DNA from: a virus
Lineage: Duplodnaviria; Caudoviricetes
Reading direction: 5' to 3' (one strand)
Virus record (IMG/VR): IMGVR_UViG_3300012232_000016
Coordinates: 1 to 51,479 of that record
Length of the DNA stretch: 51,479 bases
The notes under the pieces were generated by a model. It made no database searches and was not told the origin of the DNA. It saw nothing but the letters and a program-made list of their open reading frames with translations. Shown here one piece after another: positions 27,773 through 37,627 of this stretch (position 1 is its first letter; each line of letters starts with the position of its first letter). Made by a program: the position numbers and the translations under genes.

Positions 27773-28318
27773 ATGGGGTTCAGCGTGAAGGGTATCATCG
27801 GAACGGTCGCGCCCATGCTCGCCACGGCGCTTGGCGGGCCCATGGCTGGGCAGGCAGTCGCCTCGATTGCTCGCTCTATGGGTCTGAAAGAAGATGCCAA
27901 ATTGGGTGACGTGCAACAGGCATTGGCGTCAGGTCAACTCACCGGAGATCAACTCGTCGCGCTGAAGGCTGCTGAGATGCAGTTTCAAGAACACATGGCG
28001 CTGGCGGGATTCGAGAACACGGAAAAACTTGAGGCACTGGCGGCACAGGATCGTGATAGTGCCCGGGTCCGTGAAACCAAGGTCATGGACTGGACGCCTC
28101 GCATTCTGGCCTATGTTATCGTGGGTGCATTCGTCTTCGTCATCATTACCACGCTGCGAGGTTGGTCCAAGGTGGAGAGCGCCTTGGCCGGCACGCTGAT
28201 TGGCTATCTCTCTGCCAAGGCAGAACAGGTCATCTCCTACTACTTCGGCAGCTCTGCGGGCAGCGCCGAGAAGACCAAATTGCTCTCACAGGCACCCGCT
28301 ATCGAGAACAAACCCTAG
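27773..28318 (+). CDS. holin-like membrane protein (GTA 3TM-like)
   Basis: APMLATALGGP, DRDSAR, TMs, YYFGSS. Confidence 0.75.
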   Translation: MGFSVKGIIGTVAPMLATALGGPMAGQAVASIARSMGLKEDAKLGDVQQALASGQLTGDQLVALKAAEMQFQEHMALAGFENTEKLEALAAQDRDSARVRETKVMDWTPRILAYVIVGAFVFVIITTLRGWSKVESALAGTLIGYLSAKAEQVISYYFGSSAGSAEKTKLLSQAPAIENKP

Positions 28319-28326
28319 GAGGTCGC

Positions 28327-28887
28327 ATGAAGAAGGTGTGTTTCGTTGTATCGTTCGTTTGTTCCTTATTAGGTGTCGCGCCTATCGCGAAGGCTCAAGG
28401 CGCACCACCTCTCCCGGTCAGCTACAATTTCCGGGTGCGTTTCCAGGGCGCTCAGCAGGTGATCAGCGGTCCGACGTCAGTGCCGATCACCTCGATGCAG
28501 TGTGGTCAGGCGAAATTTGTTGTGCCCACGGGCACCGTGGTCAATCCCTCCAAGTGGGAAGTGGATGATCCGAATGATGCCACAAAGGTCTGCATCTATA
28601 CGGAAGGCACGAATCAGCAAGGTTCGTTGAACGCGGTGCCTCTGTCAACGATGACGATGGTGGCCACGGTCACCGGCGTCAGTTCGACAGGGATCGAGAG
28701 TTCCGAAAGCGTGGTGAGCAACCCTTTTACAAAGCCCGGCGTGGCCCCCGCTGTCCCGTCGGGTATGAGGCTCGCACGTCTGCAAATGTTCTTACGTGGC
28801 GCGACGGCGCTTGGGTTCAGGCGCTTTCGCCCTGCGAAAGATCCCCCAGGCGTCCTGCGCCTGGTCGGCGATAACAGACATCTGTAA
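28327..28887 (+). CDS. secreted FN3/Ig-like protein
   Basis: Signal MKKVCFVVSFVCSLLGVAPIAKA-Q; ESSESVVSNPF...PAVPSGMRL. Confidence 0.6.
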   Translation: MKKVCFVVSFVCSLLGVAPIAKAQGAPPLPVSYNFRVRFQGAQQVISGPTSVPITSMQCGQAKFVVPTGTVVNPSKWEVDDPNDATKVCIYTEGTNQQGSLNAVPLSTMTMVATVTGVSSTGIESSESVVSNPFTKPGVAPAVPSGMRLARLQMFLRGATALGFRRFRPAKDPPGVLRLVGDNRHL

Positions 28888-28908
28888 GGCAAGAAAGGGA
28901 CGGGCTCA

Positions 28909-29217
28909 TCACCCAACCCCTGGGGCAGTGTCGACGGAGTTTTTGCTGGGGGCTCCGTCGGCGCTGTCCATCTCTATGATCGCTTTCCTGAACAGCACGA
29001 TCCTCTGCGCGTAGAACTCTCGTTCCTCTTTTTCACACTCTTCCAGCGCCCGTCTGTCTCTGCTGATCTGACGCATGTAACAATCCCTGGTGGTGAGGCC
29101 AATCGGCCAGGGCGTCCACCAGTGCCACGTGTAACCTTCGACGTCTGGTTCAGAAGCCGGGGCTGGTTTGCTGACAGATTCTTCTGTCGCCGCCCAGTCG
29201 AAAAGGTCCTGTTTCAT
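28909..29217 (-). CDS. hypothetical protein
   Basis: Last ORF of the - arm. Confidence 0.55.
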   Translation of the reverse strand: MKQDLFDWAATEESVSKPAPASEPDVEGYTWHWWTPWPIGLTTRDCYMRQISRDRRALEECEKEEREFYAQRIVLFRKAIIEMDSADGAPSKNSVDTAPGVG

Positions 29218-29450
29218 AGCGCGTTCTCACCCGCAACCTCTTGCACACCTCCGGCAGGCGCCGCGATCGTTGTAACACCAATAGTAAGCCCCGGGCGAAA
29301 AACTGGTCGCCTGTAGCGAGAGCATCCAGTTCTCTGGATTACATCGTGCAGACGTAGATGATCGCTGCCAGCGTGGGGATGACCACTATGGGCCACCAGA
29401 GATCAAACCAGTTAGGCGGGGCTGTGAACACAATTCTCTTCGTCATACAT

Positions 29451-30350
29451 TCACTCCTCCAACAACTCGACCACGTCATTCCACCGCTGTGAAGCCCTGC
29501 CTAACAGCTCCCGATCCTTATCCTCTGAGTCCACGCGCTCTTCCCACTTGTCCGGATCGCGGAAACTCATGATCGCATCGCGCACGAGCTGCACGATGAC
29601 ACGGGGTTCCAGCGCATCCAGCTCCCACGACTCGTGCCCGAACTCTGCCACATAGGCGGGCGCCCTCGAGTCCGTCAGCTTCGTGGGATTGGGCGGTGGA
29701 TCGTATTGCTCAATCTGATCAAAGTTCAACGCTAGGCGCCTGACTTCGAGGCCGCCCATGAATGTCTTCAGCCGGTCTGTGATGTCCCTGGTCATGTCTT
29801 TGCCAGAGGGGTCATGGTCGCCGAAGTGCAAGATAATGGGCGTCTGGCCGTCTCTGATATGATGCTTCATCCGCATCGCACCCGCCCACATCTCTGAGAG
29901 TGAGGTGTAGCCCCTGCAACTGAAGTAAGGCACGTCCAGTTCCTCGCAGACGCCCTCAATGACACCTGCTACGGCGTCCTTCTCGATCCAGACCTCTGGG
30001 CGGAAAGGTTGGTTGTCCCACTTGTCCACGCGGAACTGTTTGGCCACGACATCCATGATCTCTGCAGGATCCGTCCAATGGGCCACGCTCTTCAGGTTGC
30101 GGGTGCGATCGATGATGGCTTCCCAGTCCACCAGCCCGCACATCCGCCCGTCTGCAATCGCGGCACCCAGGTTGTCGTATTCCTTCTGATTGTTCGGGAT
30201 GAGGTCGCGTGCAACGAATTGATAGTAGAGCTGTCTGAGCGTCAATTCGAAACCCTGACGTCGATACTCTTCAATGATCTCGTTCGCCTTGCTGATGACT
30301 GCCAACTTGGGTGCGCCAAGGTTCTTGTGGATGTATTTGATCTTGGGCAT
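29451..30350 (-). CDS. HTH plus TOPRIM protein (Topo VI-A/JetD-like nuclease fold)
   Basis: TLRQLYYQ, EVWIEKDA, RGYTS, GDHDPSG, ELDAL. Confidence 0.75.
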   Translation of the reverse strand: MPKIKYIHKNLGAPKLAVISKANEIIEEYRRQGFELTLRQLYYQFVARDLIPNNQKEYDNLGAAIADGRMCGLVDWEAIIDRTRNLKSVAHWTDPAEIMDVVAKQFRVDKWDNQPFRPEVWIEKDAVAGVIEGVCEELDVPYFSCRGYTSLSEMWAGAMRMKHHIRDGQTPIILHFGDHDPSGKDMTRDITDRLKTFMGGLEVRRLALNFDQIEQYDPPPNPTKLTDSRAPAYVAEFGHESWELDALEPRVIVQLVRDAIMSFRDPDKWEERVDSEDKDRELLGRASQRWNDVVELLEE

Positions 30351-30547
30351 CAACGTTTCTCCGGACAAGTGCCTTCATGTTCAACGGTATATCCTGTGCC
30401 CTTGAAGATCAGGTCGTCTTTGAATTGCCCAAGACCACCTATCCGAACAACGGTGCCCATTTGGATGATCTTGACAGTGGCATCCGCCAAGATCTTCTGT
30501 CCACAGGTTCTGCAAGTGATCATCGGGTTCCAGAGCGATGGGATCAT
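30350..30547 (-). CDS. small Cys/His protein
   Basis: CRTC...HEGTC; coupled at both ends. Confidence 0.55.
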   Translation of the reverse strand: MIPSLWNPMITCRTCGQKILADATVKIIQMGTVVRIGGLGQFKDDLIFKGTGYTVEHEGTCPEKR

Positions 30548-30768
30548 TTATGAACCTCAAGATTGATCTTCATGAGCAAGGTGTCAGCGCCCTCAAGCGC
30601 ATCCATCGCCATACGAAGTTTGTGCATGGCGTTGACCTTGTACTGTGCGGCAGTCGTATGCTCGTCGGGGCAGACAGTGGTCTTGAGCAAGGCGTAGAGA
30701 TGCTCAATCTCCATCTGTTCATCCTCCACGCGCTCCGCAAGTCTTCGCGCCTTGCTGGCAGTGCTCAT
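30544..30768 (-). CDS. hypothetical helical protein
   Basis: MSTASK start; ATGA overlaps. Confidence 0.55.
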   Translation of the reverse strand: MSTASKARRLAERVEDEQMEIEHLYALLKTTVCPDEHTTAAQYKVNAMHKLRMAMDALEGADTLLMKINLEVHK

Positions 30769-31112
30769 TTGATAAATCTCCCGTTCCGTAGATTGCGATA
30801 CGTCATCCATCCGTTGAGCCCCACGAGACCTATTGTGGTGCCTACGGCGCCCCACTTATGGCCATCCTTCCAGAGCTTGTGAACGGCGAACATCTCTAGC
30901 GTCAGCGTGCCTGCTTTGAGGGCGATGGCACCACTCCGATGCTTCATCAATGGATTGGCTTCCACAGCGAAACCTCTGTCCACGGCCAGCAAGGTGGTGG
31001 TCAAATCCGCGGCCCCTGTGGTGCCAATCACAACGTGCAACCAAACCTCAGAAGCCTGAGCTGGTATCGTCATCAACAAGCCCAGCATGCAGATGAGTAG
31101 AACGTTCTTCAT
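30765..31112 (-). CDS. membrane protein with signal peptide (DUF5658-like)
   Basis: ADLTTT...EANPLM plus TM segments. Confidence 0.6.
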   Translation of the reverse strand: MKNVLLICMLGLLMTIPAQASEVWLHVVIGTTGAADLTTTLLAVDRGFAVEANPLMKHRSGAIALKAGTLTLEMFAVHKLWKDGHKWGAVGTTIGLVGLNGWMTYRNLRNGRFIK

Positions 31113-31537
31113 CCCTTCACCGTAGGCGCCACGTCGTAGAAGATCACTTTGTCTTGTTGGTGTTGTTTGAACCACCAACGAGCCTCAATCACCTCCGTAG
31201 CAGAAGGATCGTAGATCATGCCTTCTGACATGACCACCCAATGCCAACCTTGACGAAACTGTCCGGCAGGGGTTCGATGATGCACGCGCAAAATCCCGTG
31301 GAAGGACCAAAGGTCTTCACCGATCCATCTCATGCCAAGAATGAAATCGTAGGAACGCAGCAGACGCGAAAGCTCAGCGACCGACGTGCTGTGTTTAGTC
31401 GTCTGTTTCTTCTGGCGCACTAGAGGCAGAAGTGAGAGGATCTCTGCCGCGGGTTTCCCCACCAGCATGGCCACGCAGGTTGGGCCACAGCTGGTGCGCG
31501 AAGGCTGTTTCTGATGCGTGATCACAGCTCTCTCCAC
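31109..31537 (-). CDS. peptidase C39-like cysteine protease
   Basis: Q..SCGPTCVAML, HWVV, IYDP (Cys-His-Asp). Confidence 0.75.
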   Translation of the reverse strand: MERAVITHQKQPSRTSCGPTCVAMLVGKPAAEILSLLPLVRQKKQTTKHSTSVAELSRLLRSYDFILGMRWIGEDLWSFHGILRVHHRTPAGQFRQGWHWVVMSEGMIYDPSATEVIEARWWFKQHQQDKVIFYDVAPTVKG

Positions 31538-31719
31538 GTGACGTTGATCTCTTCGTGCTCACTTGAGGCTCGTAGCGAAGAACGAATGGCTTCCGCTTCA
31601 GAGGCTGTTGCAAAACGACGGGCACGAGAGAGGTTCGCCGTCCAAGGTGCTGTGTAACTGACAAACCAAGTCAACTCGCCATTCGTCTTCTTGCTCTCGA
31701 TGACATAGTCGTTCGCCAT
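31522..31719 (-). CDS. small early protein
   Basis: MANDYVI...WTANLSRARRFATASEAEA. Confidence 0.6.
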   Translation of the reverse strand: MANDYVIESKKTNGELTWFVSYTAPWTANLSRARRFATASEAEAIRSSLRASSEHEEINVTWREL

Positions 31720-32047
31720 ACTTAATCCTTCCTCTTGGCCAGGATGCGTCGGATTACTGCACAAGCCTCTGGTGCCTTGACCCAGATACCAGGCTTGGCA
31801 TCCTTGATCTCCTGTTCCATCTCTGCAAGCCGGAGACGGAGAAGCTCTGTGCTCAGCCTGCTGTAGAAGCTCTGCATGCTCTGCTTCGCCATCATAGCCC
31901 CGCCACGGAGAAAGATTTGATCATCGGCCAGAGCTTACGGGCCACTATCTTGGCGCCTCGTTCCGTGTTGGCCACCACATATCCTAGGAACCCGACGCCC
32001 TCACCATAGACTTCGTAGGACCTCTTCATCTCTACCTCCACACACAA

Positions 32048-32097
32048 AGTCTATGGCAAGAGCTGATACCCGGCAAGCAAAATCAAGCCGGGTATCA
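32048..32097 (-). promoter_or_regulatory. promoter with inverted-repeat operator
   Basis: TTGCCG-17 bp-TAGACT; perfect IR TGATACCCGGC (32064-32074) / GCCGGGTATCA (32087-32097). Confidence 0.7.
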
Positions 32098-32118
32098 AAG
32101 ATTGTGTGCAGATCTGTT

Positions 32119-32649
32119 TTATGAGATGGCCTCCAGCACCGCCTGATGATCGCGATCATCATACAGCCCGGCCACCTCGGCCACCTTCGCTTCCGCCTGG
32201 CGCAGCGTGCGGTAGATCGAGGCCTTGCTGACGTCCTCGACCCGCTTCCAGGTCGCCTTGTCGCCGGGCTTGCGCGGCTGGTCTCGCCGCAACCACCCCT
32301 CCAGCGCCGTGCATCGCAGGCGGTAGCCTCCGGCAGGCGCGACGATCGGCGCATCGCCCGAAGCTTGCCCTTGAGGCGTTTCGATGGAGGGCTGCGGGGC
32401 GGGCACCGGATCCTTCGTGCGTTCACGTTCTTCGTCTGTGGCCAGTAAGTCGGCGACCACAACCACGAGCGTCTCCTTGGGCAGGGCGCGCCAGAACGTG
32501 ACGCCGTATTCCTTCTTCTCGATGGCGTTGGCGATCTTCTTCGCGAGATCCTTCTTGTTCATCTCGTCGAAACGCACCATCATCTTCGGGGTCGCTGTGG
32601 CGTTTCCGTAGCCCGGAACGTTCACCGTGGTCGTGTTGATCGTTTCCAT
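32119..32649 (-). CDS. early protein
   Basis: METINTTT start after AAAGGAG; directly downstream of a promoter. Confidence 0.75.
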   Translation of the reverse strand: METINTTTVNVPGYGNATATPKMMVRFDEMNKKDLAKKIANAIEKKEYGVTFWRALPKETLVVVVADLLATDEERERTKDPVPAPQPSIETPQGQASGDAPIVAPAGGYRLRCTALEGWLRRDQPRKPGDKATWKRVEDVSKASIYRTLRQAEAKVAEVAGLYDDRDHQAVLEAIS

Positions 32650-32693
32650 CTCGTCTTCTCCTTTGGCTTGGGCGATATGCCCGCCGTAGAACA

Positions 32694-32744
32694 ACTGTAT
32701 GATGCCTTGTGATACCAGGCAAGCGAATTCTTTACCGGGTATCA
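32694..32744 (-). promoter_or_regulatory. promoter with the same inverted-repeat operator
   Basis: TTGCCT-17 bp-TACAGT; TGATACCAGG (32710-32719) / CCGGGTATCA (32735-32744). Confidence 0.7.
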
Positions 32745-32762
32745 AGAAAGAGTGCAATTCTG

Positions 32763-32966
32763 CTAACCCGGTTTCTCCCATCGCGTATCGTCCATCATGC
32801 GAATCAATTTGCCGACCTTCTCCACGATGAAGAACTTGTGTCGTCGTGTCTTGCTGCATCTCATCGTGAAGGCTCGGTCATTGGTGCCTTCCTGAAAGTG
32901 GTTCTTTTCAATGTTCAGGACACCATCACACCCACGAACCGTGCAACTGAGTAATCCCTCCCACAT
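32763..32966 (-). CDS. small Cys/His protein
   Basis: MWEGLLSCTVRGC...RCSKTRRH; probable internal start of the track ORF. Confidence 0.5.
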   Translation of the reverse strand: MWEGLLSCTVRGCDGVLNIEKNHFQEGTNDRAFTMRCSKTRRHKFFIVEKVGKLIRMMDDTRWEKPG

Positions 32967-33284
32967 CAGGACACCTTCTTCTGGCACAGCCTGCAAGTCA
33001 CCCGCGTCTTGTCTGTTGTAGCCTTCGTGTGATCGCAAATGGTGCCGCAGGCGGTCTGATGCTTCTCGCGGTGCTTTATTCCCGTCTTCCAGCTTTGATC
33101 GTAGATCCCAACGCTCAGATGTGTGCGCTTCATACATTCACCTTCTTCTGTTGAGCGGCTTCAAGGGCCTCTATCTCTGGTAGCAACTTCGCCAAGCAGG
33201 CCTCACAGATACCATGGGAGACCCGACCTTCCGGGCCCTCCTTGCGCCCCATATCTTTCTTGCAGTAGGCGCAGACGACGTCCA

Positions 33285-33515
33285 TCATGATTGCACCTGA
33301 ATCAGGGTTTCATATCCAGCCGAGGCGGCCTGGGCGGATCCGGCGTCCCCGAAGCGGAGCGCATGCTTCACGTCCATCACCCAGTGATTGTTGGGGCCCA
33401 GCCAAGCACCAGAGGCTGGCATGAAGGCGACGAATCTCTTGGCCGCTTGGGGAGGCGTCTGGAGAGACGCCGCCAGGCTGGCACTGAACTTGAAGATCTC
33501 TGCGTTGGCGATCAT
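33285..33515 (-). CDS. small early protein
   Basis: WVMDVKHALRFGDAGSAQAA; GGAGG RBS. Confidence 0.6.
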   Translation of the reverse strand: MIANAEIFKFSASLAASLQTPPQAAKRFVAFMPASGAWLGPNNHWVMDVKHALRFGDAGSAQAASAGYETLIQVQS

Positions 33516-33630
33516 GTTACTGCGCCTCCGTCACGGGGAACAGCTCCGCCCATTTGGCGAAGCCCAGTGCTGTCAGCGTCAACGTGTCCGGATCCTGATC
33601 GATCAGCGCGGTGTGCTTGCTCATGAACAC

Positions 33631-33658
33631 AGTGTAGGGTATCACTGAGACCCTGCAA
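33631..33658 (-). promoter_or_regulatory. promoter containing a TGATACCC box
   Basis: TTGCAG-16 bp-TACACT; AGGGTATCA-C-TGAGACCCT dyad in the spacer. Confidence 0.55.
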
Positions 33659-33822
33659 CATCAAAATCAGCATTGCTGGTGAAATAGAGTGCAGTCATGT
33701 AAACGACGATGGGGCCAGCCTCTCCCAGAGACTGACCCCAGCCCGAATCCTCTTCTCCCTCGCGGCCACAGGAGTAAGAACAAGGAAGCCGATGCTTGTG
33801 TCGTGCCGCCTTGCCTGAGAGC

Positions 33823-34617
33823 TTACATGCCAGACGTATCGCCGCTCTTGTCTCCTCCGCCTTCTTCCCAGGCATCCGGATCGATGGCGCGCTCGACGTC
33901 GATCACCTTGTCCTTGAACGATTCGAACTCCTTCTTCGCCGTCGCGTAGAGCGCCGCGTCCTGGATATATCCCGAGTTGTTGACGACGAAGACGCCGAAT
34001 GTGCCCTTGTCGGTCTTCTCTGACTTGACCTCCACGGTGTAGAGCCCCGCGTAGATCGGCGCCGGCGGCTGTCGCATCTTGATGAAGCCGCTGAGACGTT
34101 CATGCGCCTTCTTCTGGAACTTGTTCGTCTCCTGGATCGACATCACGATGGGCTTCGTGCTGCCATCGGGCAGCACCAACAAGATCACGAACTCCACGAA
34201 CTTGACCGCCCGTGGCGGAATGCCCTTGCCCGTCACCGGATCCTTGCCCCAGTCCATGCGCGGATCGTTGGCAGGCACCTTCAGATCGATCGGGATGTTC
34301 CTGTTCTCCGGATCGAATTCGATCCGCTTGACATCGCGCCGCACGACAACAAACGTGAGAGGCCCGACGCCGTAGATCGTGCCCTGCAGATCGTCGAACA
34401 GGTCGAACAGTTTCAGATCCTTGATGTAGACGGACTCGCTGGGGATGATCTGCTTGCTGAGACCCTGCGCGATCTTCAGCATCGGGAGCTTCACATCGTT
34501 GATCCCGATGTCTGCTGTGCCCGCCGTGGACTGCTCGATGAATGACGGGCGCTCGAGCGCACCCGCTGGCGGTGCCGCCTGCACCGCTGTCGTCTCTTCC
34601 TTCTTCTTGTCTACCAT
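33823..34617 (-). CDS. putative single-stranded DNA-binding protein
   Basis: LPMLKIAQGLS motif, beta-rich core, acidic tail; replication module; AGGAG RBS. Confidence 0.55.
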   Translation of the reverse strand: MVDKKKEETTAVQAAPPAGALERPSFIEQSTAGTADIGINDVKLPMLKIAQGLSKQIIPSESVYIKDLKLFDLFDDLQGTIYGVGPLTFVVVRRDVKRIEFDPENRNIPIDLKVPANDPRMDWGKDPVTGKGIPPRAVKFVEFVILLVLPDGSTKPIVMSIQETNKFQKKAHERLSGFIKMRQPPAPIYAGLYTVEVKSEKTDKGTFGVFVVNNSGYIQDAALYATAKKEFESFKDKVIDVERAIDPDAWEEGGGDKSGDTSGM

Positions 34618-34880
34618 GTGTTCTCCTAGGGCCAACTGCGTTCTAGTTCACCGAACTCGCGCAGGCTCATCTGGGCGAACGGTGGATGGTTGAAGATACT
34701 GATAGGCCTCCCAGAGTCGTAACGGCCTTCGAAAGGTTCGTTGTCTCCATGGGGCTCGTTGTAATCAGGCTCAAACCGGGCAGAGACCTGATCGTATTCC
34801 TCTATCATCCGGGCACTGTCTGCCCGGTGCCCCGATTGTGGTCAAACACGCAAGCCGCGGCGGCGCACCTCCTTGAGCAT

Positions 34881-35282
34881 TCACTCTCCTTCTGTGCCCT
34901 CTGCACTAGTCTCAACGAAGTCCGGTCGCTTCGGCATGAACTTGCTGATCCTCTTGCTGTGCTGCAGAGCCTTGAGCTTGTCCTCCGTCGTGAAGACGAT
35001 GATGCCATCTCTGTTGCGGAGGTTGTGGTAGGCGCATGGCAGGCACATCAGATAGGGTCTGCTGTCGCCGTTGTCGATGATCGCGATAGCAGGCGACCCA
35101 CAAGCGAAGTATCTGCTGCCAGACAGAGCTGATGCCTCCTGGCACTTGGAGCCTTCAGGTATGTCTGTCATGCTGTAGATTGGACCGATGCCTTGTGAGG
35201 TTTCCACGACAGGTGACGGCGCCCGTTCCCCTACTTCATCGCCACCGAATTCATCAATCGTGCCATCTGCTTTGGTTCTCAT
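34881..35282 (-). CDS. Cys-rich hypothetical protein
   Basis: C...C...CLPC; GGGAG RBS. Confidence 0.55.
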   Translation of the reverse strand: MRTKADGTIDEFGGDEVGERAPSPVVETSQGIGPIYSMTDIPEGSKCQEASALSGSRYFACGSPAIAIIDNGDSRPYLMCLPCAYHNLRNRDGIIVFTTEDKLKALQHSKRISKFMPKRPDFVETSAEGTEGE

Positions 35283-35283
35283 C

Positions 35284-35940
35284 TCACTTCTCCCTTGTCA
35301 GAACGATCTTGACCTTGGCATGCGCTATGACACCAGGCGGTTCAGGTTCACCGGACAACAGACGTTCTTTAACGATGCTGTTGGTAGACTGCCAGGGCAG
35401 TGCCAAGGACTTCTCCAAGCCCCCTCCTGGCAGATATTTGTGAGTGAACGTTTCTGGATTGTGCCCGATCGCATCATGACTGCCACCACAGGTCATGCAG
35501 ACACCCAATGGCGTCACACACCAGAGCCTGAACTTCTCCTTGTCATCTACCTTGGCGTAGGGCTCATACTGCGCCCGCACGGACCCGACACCGTTGATGC
35601 TGAGGGAGGACAGATCCTCTACCTCGAATTGGTTCGTCATCAACTGTGAGTTGGCTTCGAGGCGAAGGTTCGCGTCAGACAGTTTGGCTTCCAACCCATC
35701 GATCTCGTTGCGGATCGCGATGTAGACTTTGGTGAGATCTGTCGCTGGAACGAAGGTGCGAACGTGCTGATAGGCACAGTCCCCGGCATGCTTCTCAGGA
35801 TCAGCTTCATCTGTCATCCCGCAATCACAGGGATGCCTGAGCATCTCCTTCTTGACGACTTCCACCTTCTCCTGATACTTGGGTTCCGTGTTCAGGAGAC
35901 GTGGAAGTTTGTCGATGACGTGGGCGTATTTTCCGGCCAT
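35284..35940 (-). CDS. coiled-coil replication-region protein with two Cys/His segments
   Basis: AAAGGTG RBS; HPCDC...H...C and CMTC...H...H. Confidence 0.7.
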   Translation of the reverse strand: MAGKYAHVIDKLPRLLNTEPKYQEKVEVVKKEMLRHPCDCGMTDEADPEKHAGDCAYQHVRTFVPATDLTKVYIAIRNEIDGLEAKLSDANLRLEANSQLMTNQFEVEDLSSLSINGVGSVRAQYEPYAKVDDKEKFRLWCVTPLGVCMTCGGSHDAIGHNPETFTHKYLPGGGLEKSLALPWQSTNSIVKERLLSGEPEPPGVIAHAKVKIVLTREK

Positions 35941-36071
35941 ATCATTTCACCTTTGAAAAGAATGCACGTCCAAGGAGCATGGCTGCGATACAGCTCACCA
36001 AGAACCAAGCGCAACCTACTGCGATGACACGACAGATGAGAATTGCCCAGGTCATTGTTTCTTCTCTATCT

Positions 36072-37574
36072 TCACAGCCCTCTCACATACACCAGCGTCT
36101 CAATGGCGCGGGTGCCCGCCACATACTGTAGGTTGATTTCTTCTCTGTTATAGTCGCGGAGCGTCTCTGCCAACACGAACACCTTGCGAGCTTCCAGACC
36201 CTTCGCCTTGTGGATGCTGGAGCAGGTGATGACGCCCTCATCACCGAGCTTCTCTACGTCAACGAACAGCGCCTCAACACGGGCTGTGATCTCGTCGACG
36301 TTCTTAGCACCGTCTGCCAGGCTGGACAGCATCTCCGCCTGATCAACGATCGCGCCCAGCCTCGAGAGGTAGGCGGGGCTATCCAGCTTGTCTGTATATT
36401 TCGCTTTCAGGCGTTCCGCCTCACGCTTGGCATGATTGTTCAACTTGCTGAGGAAGTCGGGCACACTACGGGCCTTCAATTTGCGGACGAGCGCGACCAA
36501 CCCCTTGCCGATGTTGCGTCCCAAGATGCGCGTCCGCTTGCCGTTGCGGAGGAGTCGCATCGCGATACTGACGAGCGGCGCATTCATGCGCGACAGGATG
36601 AAGTTCCCTGGGCCCGCTTCTGTGATTAATTTCTCGATGCCCAGGTCAACGATTTCTCCGTCATGGTTGCTGTCAGCGGCGCAGAAGTCAGGCACGAACT
36701 TCTGCATTTCCGCCACGATTGCCTTGCCGCAGCGAAAGGTCTTCGTCAGGCGGAGCACCTTGGCGTTCAATACGGTCTTCAGACGTGACAGTGATTTCGT
36801 GTCTGCGCCAGCGAAGCCATAGATCGCTTGGTTCTCATCACCGAAGATGAACATGCGTCCCTTGCAGACGCCTTGTGCGATCTCCAGCTTAGCGACCGTC
36901 AGATCCTGCGCCTCATCTACGATGACCATGTCGTAGGTCTTGGTGAGCCATCCGTTCCGCACGGGTAAGAAGATCATGTCGCTGAAATCGATGAAGCCGT
37001 CTGCTGGCTTCTGCTTAGCGGCCAGCTCCATGCAGGCGACGGCAGAGCGACACACATAGTTGAGATCGTATCCCTGATGCTCCCAGCTCTCGTCGGGCGC
37101 ACATTCGAACTCAATCGCAAGATCGAACAGCTCTTCCGCTCGCACTGCATGCGGCACGATCTCTCGCCCAAGGGTGTGCAGGTTACTGACGAGCCGCTTG
37201 ATCGCGTCCGGCGCCGTGCCCCCGCAGATGGCGTTCGTGAGGTTGTTCTGACGTTCGAAGTTCTCTCCGACATGGACGCCTTCCCAGAAGCGCCCGACCG
37301 CCTGCATCCCGATGCTGTGCAGATTCTGGAACTTGGCATTCGTGATGCCCATCTGCTTCAGCTTCGCGTTTCCTGCGTCCCGGATCTTGACGTTGAAGCA
37401 GGTGAACAGGATGTTGCGCTCTGGCGCGAAACGAACGCCGCTCACGGCGGTTGTCGTCTTGCCTACACCCGCAAGGGCCTCGACAATGACGTTGTCCGTG
37501 CCGTCGCGGAACTCGTCGTAGATGGCGGATTGTTCTTCGGTGGGGATTATCTTGGCGACATTCGTCTCAGTCAT
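36072..37574 (-). CDS. UvrD/Rep-like SF1 helicase
   Basis: ALAGVGKT, VDEAQD, GDENQAIYGF, TFRC, SIHKAKGLE, YVAGTRA. Confidence 0.92.
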   Translation of the reverse strand: MTETNVAKIIPTEEQSAIYDEFRDGTDNVIVEALAGVGKTTTAVSGVRFAPERNILFTCFNVKIRDAGNAKLKQMGITNAKFQNLHSIGMQAVGRFWEGVHVGENFERQNNLTNAICGGTAPDAIKRLVSNLHTLGREIVPHAVRAEELFDLAIEFECAPDESWEHQGYDLNYVCRSAVACMELAAKQKPADGFIDFSDMIFLPVRNGWLTKTYDMVIVDEAQDLTVAKLEIAQGVCKGRMFIFGDENQAIYGFAGADTKSLSRLKTVLNAKVLRLTKTFRCGKAIVAEMQKFVPDFCAADSNHDGEIVDLGIEKLITEAGPGNFILSRMNAPLVSIAMRLLRNGKRTRILGRNIGKGLVALVRKLKARSVPDFLSKLNNHAKREAERLKAKYTDKLDSPAYLSRLGAIVDQAEMLSSLADGAKNVDEITARVEALFVDVEKLGDEGVITCSSIHKAKGLEARKVFVLAETLRDYNREEINLQYVAGTRAIETLVYVRGL

Positions 37575-37627
37575 TTGACCTCCCGCTAGGTGCCAGTCTC
37601 TTTGCTGACACCGTTTGCGTAGGTGCT

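Noticed and set aside
29200-29217. MKQDLF as a clamp-binding motif
   Set aside because: One residue short of QxxLF; too weak alone.
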